From an uncultured delta proteobacterium (lineage in GTDB: Bacteria; Myxococcota_A; Polyangia; Fen-1088): a stretch of 64,000 nt of DNA. Shown piece after piece: positions 33,998 to 42,230 of this stretch (its first letter is position 1; the number at the start of each line of letters is the position of its first letter). The stretch covers positions 1,568,001-1,632,000 of the forward strand of contig CAVYGB010000002.1 of the NCBI GenBank assembly GCA_963767925.1, written 5' to 3'. The position numbers were made by a program, and so were the translations under genes. The notes beneath the pieces are model-generated. The model made no database searches. It was not told where the DNA came from and worked only from the letters and a program-made list of their open reading frames with translations.

Positions 33998-34609
33998 ATG
34001 AGCAAGGCTTCCAGAGCGGAGACGGAGTCGTTTCGCACGCGCGCCCGGGGCGTGGCGGTGCGGCTGTTTTCACGCAAGGGGTTCGAGGGGACGTCGGTGC
34101 AGGAGGTGGCGGACGATCTCGGCGTGACAAAGCAGGCGCTCCTGTATCACTTCGCCTCGAAGGAAGGCCTGCGGCAGGCGGTGTTCGAGGAGCTGGTGGG
34201 GAGGTGGCGCGACGTCTTGCCCCGGCTGCTCTCGGCCCTGACCCGGCAGGAGGCCGGGTTCGAGGACGCGATGGCCGAGATCGTCGAGTTCTCGCGGGCC
34301 GAGCCGGCCTACGCCCGCTTCCTCATGCACGAGCTGCTGCGCGGGGTGCACGATCCGGTGCTGACCGACACGGGCTCCTGGCTCAAGGTCGCGGCCGACA
34401 TCATCCGCCGGGCCCAGAAGGAGGAGAAGGTCGACGCCGCCGTCGATCCGGAGGCCTGGGTGGTCAACGTCGGCACCCAGATCCTCGCCACCCTCTGTTT
34501 CCTCGACCGCGACCGCCCCGACCACCCCGGCTCGGACCGGGTGGTGCGGGAGCTGGCCCGGGCGATGGGCGCCAGCCTGCTCTGTCCGCCCCGCCCAACT
34601 CAGGGCTGA
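33998..34609 (+). CDS. TetR/AcrR family transcriptional regulator
   Basis: LFSRKGFEGTSVQEVADDLGVTKQALLYHFASKEGL HTH; GGAG RBS. Confidence 0.93.
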   Translation: MSKASRAETESFRTRARGVAVRLFSRKGFEGTSVQEVADDLGVTKQALLYHFASKEGLRQAVFEELVGRWRDVLPRLLSALTRQEAGFEDAMAEIVEFSRAEPAYARFLMHELLRGVHDPVLTDTGSWLKVAADIIRRAQKEEKVDAAVDPEAWVVNVGTQILATLCFLDRDRPDHPGSDRVVRELARAMGASLLCPPRPTQG

Positions 34610-34625
34610 CGCGGACTGGCCGATT

Positions 34626-34643
34626 ACTTACCACGTGGTAAGT
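34626..34643. promoter_or_regulatory. perfect 18-bp palindromic operator (likely TetR site)
   Basis: ACTTACCACGTGGTAAGT is its own reverse complement; lies between the TetR gene and the next gene. Confidence 0.75.
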
Positions 34644-34670
34644 TTTCTGGCGAAGGGAGGGCCCGCGCCA

Positions 34671-35642
34671 ATGACCACGACGGAGCCAACGACGGAGCCA
34701 ACGAAGACGTCCACGACGACGACCGCCGGAACGTCCGCGACGACATTCACGAAGGCGTCCACGAAATTCCCGGAGGGATCGAGAGCCACGCCGAGCTTTT
34801 ACCAGCCGGTGGACGAAGGGGAGCGCGAGGCGCTGTACGCCAGCTACGTCGAGTTCCTCGGCCGCCGCAACGGCGAGATGGACTTCGAGCGGCGCCGTTA
34901 CAGCAAGCGGGAGGCGCACCTGCAGGCGCTCGACGGGGCCAGCCTGGCCTTCCGGGGCCCCTTCGATCCGGAGGCCTTCCGCCGGCAATACGCCCACTAC
35001 GACAAGGGGGAGGCCACCCCGGCCGCCACCCAGCTCCTGCTGATGTTCTGCAAGGTCAACGCCGGCGAGGCCTTCGGCGTGGAGGTGATGCGCGAGGCGC
35101 GCAAGGCCTACTTCGAGCGGCCCGAGGCGCAGTACCAGGCCGAGAAGATCATCGCCAACGAGGAGGAGTACCACACCAAGCTGCTGGTGGGCGCCACCGG
35201 CTACTTCGGGGTGAAGATGGATCAGTCGTTCGTGCCCCCGCTGCCGCTGAAGATTTTGATCCACGGCCTGGCCGGCATGCCCCAGCGCTTCTTTCACTCG
35301 GTGCTGCTGGCAGCAGAGCTGGCCGGCATCTACACGTTCAACACGCTGCTCGACATCACCCGGGTCGTGCTGCGCGACCAGCCCGAGGTGCGCGACGCCA
35401 TGGAGGAGCGCCTGTGCGCCGTGCTGGTCGACGAGATCGGCCACGTCAGCTACAACCGCCTCGCCCTCGGCACCTGGGGCCTGTCCCTGGCCCGCCGCCT
35501 GTACCCCCTGGTGCAAAAGAGCGTCGCCGCCAGCCCCGAGTTCCGCGCCCTGCGCGAAAAGGTAGGCGGCGGCCTCCCCCTGCACGCCCTCGACTACCGC
35601 CACCTCCCCGAGGCCGTGCGCGCCCAAGCATTCTTCGTGTGA
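34671..35642 (+). CDS. ferritin-like diiron-domain protein
   Basis: E..EEYH / E..DEIGH paired ExxH pattern; Thr-rich N-terminal extension; GGAGG RBS. Confidence 0.65.
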   Translation: MTTTEPTTEPTKTSTTTTAGTSATTFTKASTKFPEGSRATPSFYQPVDEGEREALYASYVEFLGRRNGEMDFERRRYSKREAHLQALDGASLAFRGPFDPEAFRRQYAHYDKGEATPAATQLLLMFCKVNAGEAFGVEVMREARKAYFERPEAQYQAEKIIANEEEYHTKLLVGATGYFGVKMDQSFVPPLPLKILIHGLAGMPQRFFHSVLLAAELAGIYTFNTLLDITRVVLRDQPEVRDAMEERLCAVLVDEIGHVSYNRLALGTWGLSLARRLYPLVQKSVAASPEFRALREKVGGGLPLHALDYRHLPEAVRAQAFFV

Positions 35643-35666
35643 CCCCTCCGCCCCCCACCCGCGGAG

Positions 35667-36300
35667 CCCCCTCACCCCACCCTCTCCCCGCTGCCGCGGG
35701 GCGAGGGCGAACGCACAACGGGACAGCCAAAATCCCGGCCCATCCGCCGCTGATCCTTGCTTTTGGCGCTGCCGGTGGCACCCGGCCGAGTGGGGTGAGG
35801 GGTCCGCGGGGAAAGTGATGGTGGCCCGGGGCTGAGCGGGGTGAGGGGTCCGCCGGGAAAGTGATGGTGGCCCGGGGCTGAGTGGGGTGAGGGGTCCGCG
35901 GGGAAAGTGATGGTGGCCCGGGGCTGAGTGGGGTGAGGGGTCCGCGGGGAAAGTGATGGTGGCCCGGGGCCGAGTGGGGTGAGGGGTCCGCGGGGAAAGT
36001 GATGGTGGCCCGGGGCCGAGTGGGGTGAGGGGTCCGCGGGGAAAGTGATGGTGGCCCGGGGCCGAGTGGGGTGAGGGGTCCGCGGGGAAAGTGATGGTGG
36101 CCCGGGGCCGAGTGGGGTGAGGGGTCCGCGGGGAAAGTGATGGTGGCCCGGGGCTGAGTGTGGTGAGGGGGGTCCGCGGGGAAAGTGATGGTGGCCCGGG
36201 GCTGAGTGTGGTGAGGGGTCCGCCGGGAAAGTGATGGTGGCCCGCGGCTGAGTGTTCGCCCTCGCCCCGCGGCAGCGGGGAGAGGGTCGGGGGTGAGGGG
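35667..36300. repeat. inverted BoxC/REP-like pair enclosing a 46-bp tandem array (10 units)
   Basis: Elements at 35667-35712 and 36254-36300; units GAGTGGGGTGAGGGGTCCGCGGGGAAAGTGATGGTGGCCCGGGGC(T/C) span 35788-36249. Confidence 0.95.
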
Positions 36301-36334
36301 TCCGCCGGCCGTGGTCAACACGGTTCGACGCATC

Positions 36335-36368
36335 TAGGACCGATCCTGTCCGCAGGGGCGGGCATACT
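36335..36368 (+). promoter_or_regulatory. candidate WYL-regulator site and -10 element
   Basis: TAGGAC-CGATCCT-GTCC (GGAC-N7-GTCC), then CATACT 9 nt before ATG 36378 with no SD, suggesting a leaderless transcript. Confidence 0.4.
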
Positions 36369-36377
36369 CCGCGGGGC

Positions 36378-37346
36378 ATGCTCGAGACCTCCGCCCGCCT
36401 GCTGCGCCTGCTCTCGCTGCTACAAACGCGGGCGGTCTGGACCGGGGTCGAGCTGGCCCGCCGGCTGGAGGTCACCGGGCGGACCCTCCGGCGCGACGTG
36501 GATCGCCTGCGCCGGCTGGGGTACCAGGTGCAGGCCACGGTGGGCACCGGCGGCGGCTACCGGCTGGGCGCGGGCAGCGCCCTGCCGCCGTTGTTGCTCG
36601 ACAACGACGAGGCGGTGGCGGTCGTGCTCGGGCTGCGCACGGTCGCCAGCGGCCCGACCAGCAACGTCGAGGAGGCCTCCACCCGGGCCCTGGCCAAGCT
36701 TGAGCAGGTGATGCCGCCCCGGCTGCGCCGGCGCATCGCCGCCCTGCACGCCGCCATCGTGCCTGTCGTTCGCCCCTCGGCCCGGGTCAGCTCGAAGCTG
36801 CTCACCGCCATCGCCGAGGCCTGCCACGAGCACCGCCGGATCGCCTTCACCTACCGGGGTTACGACGACAAGGTCTCGCATCGCGAGATCGAGCCCCAGA
36901 GCCTGGTGCACACCGGCCGGCGCTGGTACCTCGTCGCCTGGGACGTGCGGGCCCGCGACTGGCGCACCTTCCGCGCCGACCGGGTCAGCGCCGTGACCCC
37001 CACCGGCCAGCGCTTCGCCACCCGCCCGGGCCCCGACCCCGACCTCGGCGGCTACGTCTCCCGCGGGGCCTCCACCGCCCCCTACCCCGTCCGCGCCCGC
37101 CTCCTCCTGCACGCCCCCATCGAAGCCGTCGCCGACACCATCACCCCCGAGATCGGCCACCTCGAAGCCGTCGACGCCACCCGCTGCACCATGACCGTCG
37201 GCTCCCGCTCCCTCGAAGAGCTCGCGGTCTGGTCCGGCCTGATCGGCTTCGACTTCCAGATCCTCGACCCCCCCGCCCTCATTCCCCTGGTCCGCGGCCT
37301 CGCCGCCCGCTACCACCGCGCCGCCACCACCAGCCCCCCCACCTGA
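36378..37346 (+). CDS. YafY-family HTH-WYL transcriptional regulator
   Basis: RLLRLLSLLQ..ELARRLEVTGRTLRRDVDRLR..GGY, LPPLLL, RRWYLVAWD..WRTFRADR. Confidence 0.95.
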   Translation: MLETSARLLRLLSLLQTRAVWTGVELARRLEVTGRTLRRDVDRLRRLGYQVQATVGTGGGYRLGAGSALPPLLLDNDEAVAVVLGLRTVASGPTSNVEEASTRALAKLEQVMPPRLRRRIAALHAAIVPVVRPSARVSSKLLTAIAEACHEHRRIAFTYRGYDDKVSHREIEPQSLVHTGRRWYLVAWDVRARDWRTFRADRVSAVTPTGQRFATRPGPDPDLGGYVSRGASTAPYPVRARLLLHAPIEAVADTITPEIGHLEAVDATRCTMTVGSRSLEELAVWSGLIGFDFQILDPPALIPLVRGLAARYHRAATTSPPT

Positions 37347-37362
37347 ACGGGGCACGGGCTCG

Positions 37363-38127
37363 CTACTTCGGGAGGGGGAGGTGTTGCAGGAAGCCGTTGA
37401 GGGCGGTGACGACTTCGGCGGGGATCTCGTGGGCGCCGTCGAAGGGGTACCAGGTGACGGCGAGGCCGGCGGCGAGGAGCTCGTCGCGGAGGCGTTCGGC
37501 GAGGGCGAAGGAGAGGGTCGGGTCGGTGCGGCCGTGGGCCAGGAAGACGGGGAGGCCGCGGCGGCGGGGGAGGGCGTGGACCCAGGTGGCCTCGTCGACG
37601 GGGGTGCCGGAGAGGAGCACGAGGGCGGCGAGGGGCGTGTCGGAGAGGAAGGCCACCTGGGCGGCGACCATCGCGCCCTGCGAGAAGCCGCCGAGGAGCA
37701 GGGGGCCGCCGGGGTTCCAGGCCAGCTCGGCGAGGAGGTCCTCGACCCGGGCGGCGGCGGCGGCGATGCCGGGCGGGCGGGTGGCCGAGAGGTCGGGGAT
37801 CGTGCCGCCGGGCGGGAGGTGGCTGCCCAGGTCGAGCCGCCACCAGCCCCGGCCGTCGACCGGGCCGTCGGGAGGGACGGTGGGGTCGGGCGCCTGGGGG
37901 AACACGAAGCGCCCGCGCGGGGGCAGGCGGATGGTGTCGGTGAAGGCCACCCATTTGCCCGCCGACAATCCATACCCATGCAGCAGCACGAGGGTGGGCG
38001 GGCCGCTGCCGCCGTGGACCAGGGTCACCAGGGGCGGATGCCGGATCTGGCGGACGAGGTAGCTGGCGCCCGCGCCGGCCAGGGCGATCACGACCACCGC
38101 GAGGACCACGAGCTGGCCTCTTCGCAC
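37363..38127 (-). CDS. phospholipase/carboxylesterase (alpha/beta hydrolase)
   Basis: LLHGYG, FPQAP, GFSQG nucleophile, HGRTDP, GAHEI; N-terminal anchor. Confidence 0.9.
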   Translation of the reverse strand: MRRGQLVVLAVVVIALAGAGASYLVRQIRHPPLVTLVHGGSGPPTLVLLHGYGLSAGKWVAFTDTIRLPPRGRFVFPQAPDPTVPPDGPVDGRGWWRLDLGSHLPPGGTIPDLSATRPPGIAAAAARVEDLLAELAWNPGGPLLLGGFSQGAMVAAQVAFLSDTPLAALVLLSGTPVDEATWVHALPRRRGLPVFLAHGRTDPTLSFALAERLRDELLAAGLAVTWYPFDGAHEIPAEVVTALNGFLQHLPLPK

Positions 38128-38159
38128 CGGACGACCTGTCGGCTCTTCGCGCGCGGCGG

Positions 38160-38912
38160 TCAACGGAGCGTAGCTCGATCTCGACCGGGAACGCTCGGCA
38201 GGTCGTGGGGGTCGCGGGCGCTGGATCGCGCGCGCGCGTCGCTCCGGCGGCGGCGGGGCCGGCGCTGCAGCCACGCCAGAGCCAGCACCAGGGCAGCGAG
38301 GGCTGGCGCTCCCGGGGCGCCGGCGCCACCGGCGGCGCAACCGCGGCCGCCCGTCCCGGCGGGTGGGGTGGCGGGGGGCGCGCCGCCGCCGATGGGTGAG
38401 GTGGCGGGGGGAACGGCCGGGCCGCCGGCGGCGCCGTCCGTGTCCGGGGTGGTGCCCGAGACGCCCGCGTCGCCGCTGGCGCCGGGCGGGCGGCCGGGAC
38501 CGAGGGCGGCGAGGTCGGCGGCGGCCTCCTCGCTCGCGCGGGTGCGCGAGCACAGGGTGGCCAGCAGGCCGGGCTTGTTGTCGAGGGCGTAGATGAGATA
38601 GGAGCCGCCGGCGGCGAAGGCGATCCCGCAGGAGGCGTCCGAGCTCGAGGTGAGGACCACCTGCCGGCGGTCGACCGGCCCCTTCCAGACCCGGGCCACG
38701 TCGAGCTCGACCTGCAGCAGCGGGCCGAAAACGGCAGCGGTGGCGGACGGCTCGATCCGGGTGACGGTGCCCTGGAACACCGCCGTCGCGGCGGCGAGCG
38801 CCGCCTCCGGGGGTGGCGGCGGCGCGCAGGAGCAAGCGTGCGCCTGGCTCCGACCGAGCGCCAGCAGGGCCGCCACCACCGTCGCCTGCGTCAACCGTGC
38901 CCGACCCATCAT
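38160..38912 (-). CDS. TIMP/NTR-like domain protein with MYXO-CTERM-like tail
   Basis: Signal ending AHA then CSC; AVFQGTV, VWKG, SCG..F..G.SYLIYA, LCSRT; tail GRGC..hydrophobic helix..RRPRRRR. Confidence 0.75.
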   Translation of the reverse strand: MMGRARLTQATVVAALLALGRSQAHACSCAPPPPPEAALAAATAVFQGTVTRIEPSATAAVFGPLLQVELDVARVWKGPVDRRQVVLTSSSDASCGIAFAAGGSYLIYALDNKPGLLATLCSRTRASEEAAADLAALGPGRPPGASGDAGVSGTTPDTDGAAGGPAVPPATSPIGGGAPPATPPAGTGGRGCAAGGAGAPGAPALAALVLALAWLQRRPRRRRSDARARSSARDPHDLPSVPGRDRATLR

Positions 38913-39094
38913 GGGCGGTAGCTTACGCCCGGTGGCCGCCGCGCGGGAAAGCGCCTGCGAGCGCGACGTGATCGCCCTCGCCCGCGGCGCAACACGCGCG
39001 CCGCATCCCGAGCGCTCGCGCGCACCGCGGACACCTCGAGCCCCGGACGAAACCCTCACGAAACGAGAACTCCCATATACGGATCCTTGTCCCC

Positions 39095-39850
39095 ATGAAG
39101 CTGAGGTCGGCCGACGCGAAGCGCATCCTTTCGTTCTGTCTCGATTGTCCCTACGACGTCGAGCTGTCCGACCAGGGGCCCACCCGCTACATCCGGATCT
39201 CCCCCCTGTCCGAGGGGGCCGGCCCCCCGCACCTGTTCGAGGCCGACACCTTCGAGGAGGCGCTGCGGGCGGCGGCCGAGACGGGGCTGGTCCGCAAGGC
39301 ATGCATCGAGCGGCAGCTCGCCCTGCACGGCCAGACCGGCGAGCGCACCTTCGACGCCCGGCAGGGGCAATGGAGCGGCCCGGCCTTCCCGCCGGTCCCC
39401 GAGATCGACCCCGTCGAGACGCCCGGGCGCGAGCCGTCGCTGGCCCACTACCGCGGCCTGGCCGAGTTCCGCTACCAGATCCGCCGCTTCGTCAGCTTCT
39501 CCGAGCGGGCGGCGCGGGCCGCCGGGCTGGAGCCGCCGCAGCACCAGCTCCTGCTGGCGATCCACGGCCTGCCGCCGAGCAAGCGCCCCATCGTCGCCAC
39601 CCTGGCCGAGCGCATGTGCATCGAGCCCGAGGCCTGCCAGGAGCTGGCCGCCCAGCTCATCGACAAGGGCCTGCTCCGCTGGACCGCCAACCCCGCCGAC
39701 CGCCGGGAAAAGCTCCTGGCCCTCACCGACCCCGGCCAGACCATCCTGCGCACCCTCACCCGCCAGCACCGCAACCAGGTCCTCGCGGTGGGCCCCACCT
39801 TCGTCCACGCCCTCGGCGCCGTCCTCAGCTCCTTCGAGGAGACCGAGTAG
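39095..39850 (+). CDS. MarR-family regulator with extra N-terminal domain
   Basis: LAEFRYQIRRF..GLEPPQHQLLLAI..LAERM..DRRE..LTDPG winged helix; about 110-aa N-terminal region with CLDC. Confidence 0.8.
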   Translation: MKLRSADAKRILSFCLDCPYDVELSDQGPTRYIRISPLSEGAGPPHLFEADTFEEALRAAAETGLVRKACIERQLALHGQTGERTFDARQGQWSGPAFPPVPEIDPVETPGREPSLAHYRGLAEFRYQIRRFVSFSERAARAAGLEPPQHQLLLAIHGLPPSKRPIVATLAERMCIEPEACQELAAQLIDKGLLRWTANPADRREKLLALTDPGQTILRTLTRQHRNQVLAVGPTFVHALGAVLSSFEETE

Positions 39851-39905
39851 AGCGGTGCCCGAGCGTCGAACGGTTTGAACGGGGTTTCCGCCCCGCGGCG
39901 GCCGC

Positions 39906-40307
39906 TCAGGCCACCGGCTCGGGGGCCGGGGTCTCGATGCTGACCACGTCGGGGGCGAAGCGGTAGAGGGCTTCCAGGCTGCGGCGTTGCCAGTGCAGCT
40001 TGGGGTTGCGCAGGAAGCGCACGCCGTAGCGCAGGTCGGAGCTCAGCTTGTTGACGAGGTGGATGTAGGCCACCAGGCATTGCAGGGGCGAGCTCGACAT
40101 GAAGTCGAGGCCGTTCATGTCGAACACGACAAGGCGGAAGCGTTCGCGCAGCACCTCGGCGTGCAGGCGGCGCAGGAAGGGGTCGAAGGCGGGCACGGCG
40201 TCCATGTCGACGCTGCCCGACAGGCGGATCCGCACCTGATCGCCTTGCTCGCCGAGGACCAGGAAGAAGTCCGCCCCGACGAGGGGTTCAATCGTGAGTC
40301 GCGCCAT
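39906..40307 (-). CDS. STAS-like (SiaC/anti-anti-sigma-like) protein
   Basis: RLSGSVD..VVFDMNGLDFMSSS phospho-loop, HWQRRSL. Confidence 0.7.
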   Translation of the reverse strand: MARLTIEPLVGADFFLVLGEQGDQVRIRLSGSVDMDAVPAFDPFLRRLHAEVLRERFRLVVFDMNGLDFMSSSPLQCLVAYIHLVNKLSSDLRYGVRFLRNPKLHWQRRSLEALYRFAPDVVSIETPAPEPVA

Positions 40308-40851
40308 GTCGACCCCAGGAGGGCAGGGCGGCCCGGGGACCACGGGCCTCCTGCTTCACCTGCACGCGCGCCTCGGCGGTGATCGTCACCTCGTCCCCTC
40401 TCAGAGAATAGCTGAGGTTCATCTCCGCTTCCGCCCGAATTCGCGCGAGGCCCAGGCCGGAGCCGGAGGTGCGGGTCGTGCTGCGGGCGATCATGGCATC
40501 GTAGAGCGCCAGCGCGTCGGCGCACCTCACGCTCTCCTCGAAGAACTGCCGCAGATCGCCGAGGCGATCGGCCCGGGCCCGGTTGCTGCTGCAGACGCGG
40601 AGCAGGCCCTGCTCGCCGGGCGACTCGTCGTGCAGCTCGACCTGGAGCTGGCCCGCCCCGTCGCTGGAGTACTTGGCGGCGTTCTCCAGCAGCTCGTGGG
40701 CGGTCAACATCAGGCGGGCGCAGGCGTCGGGCTCGACCAGCAGGTTGCTGAAGAAGTCGCAGATGTATTTGCTGGTGCGGGCGATGAGGCGCGACTCCGG
40801 GTAGAAGTCGAAGCGCAGGGCGGCCCGCACGCGCCGCTGATCGTCGCTCAT
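40288..40851 (-). CDS. GHKL/HATPase kinase (SiaB/anti-sigma-like)
   Basis: HELLENAAKYS N-box, SGSGLGLARI G2 box, no HisKA domain. Confidence 0.75.
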   Translation of the reverse strand: MSDDQRRVRAALRFDFYPESRLIARTSKYICDFFSNLLVEPDACARLMLTAHELLENAAKYSSDGAGQLQVELHDESPGEQGLLRVCSSNRARADRLGDLRQFFEESVRCADALALYDAMIARSTTRTSGSGLGLARIRAEAEMNLSYSLRGDEVTITAEARVQVKQEARGPRAALPSWGRHGATHD

Positions 40852-40870
40852 CGCGCTGGGCGGCCGCCGA

Positions 40871-42067
40871 TCAGCTCAGCACGACGAGCGGGTAGGTGTA
40901 GTTGTGAAACTCGGGCACGCCGCCGCAGGGGGCGATCTCGCCCCAGCCGATCAGCCCCAGCCAGGGGGCCTGGGGGGCCACCACCTTCTGCAAGAGCACG
41001 TTCTCCTCGAGGGTCTCGCTCGCGCCCAGGAAGGGTCCCGTGCGGGCCCCACACTCGAACCCCAGCACCGCCCAGGGCTGCCGGCCCTGCAGCCGGGTGA
41101 CGAGGTCCTGGCCCATGCGGACGGCGCCGTCTTTCACGACCTTGACCGTGCGGTGATGAAACATGATCTTGCTGCCCTCGGGGATCGAGGCCTGCACCAC
41201 GATGGCCCCGCTGGCGCTGTCGAACCCGAAGGCCGCCCGGATGAGGTAGACCGCCTGGGGGCGCCCGTCGACGACGATGCGGCGCTCGATCCCCATGGCC
41301 AGGCCGGAGCTGTGGTCCTGGTTGTAGACCTCGTCCTCGGTGCGGCCCACGCTCTCGCGCCACACGTCGGCCGCCCGCCGGCCGTCGAGCTCGAACAGCT
41401 TGTTGCCCTCGGCCCGGGTCAACGTCATCACGACCCCCGTGGGGGTGGTCCCGTGGGACACGCCGAGATCGAGCTGGAAGTCGCCGTCGAGCCCGAGCGC
41501 CACCCCGCCCCGGCTGAAGGCCTCCGTGCCCTGGTACTGGTAGGTGCAGCCGGCGGGACCGGCCGGCTGCCCGGCGGCCGCCCCCACGATGGTGGCGGTG
41601 TTGTCGTGGCGGACCCCGGCCAGCAGGTCGTTGACGTCGATGCCGCACAGGGGGTCGTAGAAGGTCAACATCACCTTGGGGTCGCGCCCCAGCTCGGTGC
41701 GCAGCGCGCGCGACAGCAGGCGGCCCTTGTGCTCGCTGTCGGTCTGCACGTCGTCGACGCGGGCGGAGGCCACCCGCAGCGAGGTGCCGCCCAGCCCCAT
41801 GGCCCCGGCCACGAAGCCGCTCTCGTCGACGGCGCCGTTGGCCATCACGCCCTGTCCGGAGCACCCCATCACGGTGACGCCGGGTCCGACCGCCTCGCGC
41901 ACGCCCCGCAGCAGCGCGGCCTGATCGTGGTTCACGGTGGCGTAGACGACTACCGCCTTGAGGTGTTCGGACTTGAACCCCTGGGCGATGGCCCGGCCCA
42001 CCGAGAGGCCGGCCCGGTCGGAGTCGGTGTCCTGCGACAAGGAGCTCTGCGCGAAAAAGGCTGCCAC
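40871..42067 (-). CDS. FIST N/C domain sensory protein
   Basis: GCSGQG, VGAAAG, SHG..P.G..MTLTRAEGN..ELDGRRA, FECGAR, GWGEI..FHNYT; GGAGG RBS before GTG 42067. Confidence 0.88.
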   Translation of the reverse strand: MAAFFAQSSLSQDTDSDRAGLSVGRAIAQGFKSEHLKAVVVYATVNHDQAALLRGVREAVGPGVTVMGCSGQGVMANGAVDESGFVAGAMGLGGTSLRVASARVDDVQTDSEHKGRLLSRALRTELGRDPKVMLTFYDPLCGIDVNDLLAGVRHDNTATIVGAAAGQPAGPAGCTYQYQGTEAFSRGGVALGLDGDFQLDLGVSHGTTPTGVVMTLTRAEGNKLFELDGRRAADVWRESVGRTEDEVYNQDHSSGLAMGIERRIVVDGRPQAVYLIRAAFGFDSASGAIVVQASIPEGSKIMFHHRTVKVVKDGAVRMGQDLVTRLQGRQPWAVLGFECGARTGPFLGASETLEENVLLQKVVAPQAPWLGLIGWGEIAPCGGVPEFHNYTYPLVVLS

Positions 42068-42230
42068 GGCTGGTACCTCCAGGCTCTGTCTCCAGGAACG
42101 CCCCTGGATGCTCTTCCCAGTGAAGGACGGCAGATCCCGGGAAAACTTGAAGCGACGGCCTCGCGCTTTGCAGATCGGTCCCGACCGCCCAAGATCGAGG
42201 AGGGGCCCGAGCGGCCGCTGCGCCCCGCGC

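Noticed and set aside
35788..36249. CRISPR array
   Set aside because: Units are contiguous and near-identical with no unique spacers; no cas genes in the window.
35446..36547. Repeat-protein ORFs over the arrays (also 46227-46608 and 50805-51416)
   Set aside because: They are translations of non-coding tandem repeats with no RBS or domain evidence, and several overlap real genes.
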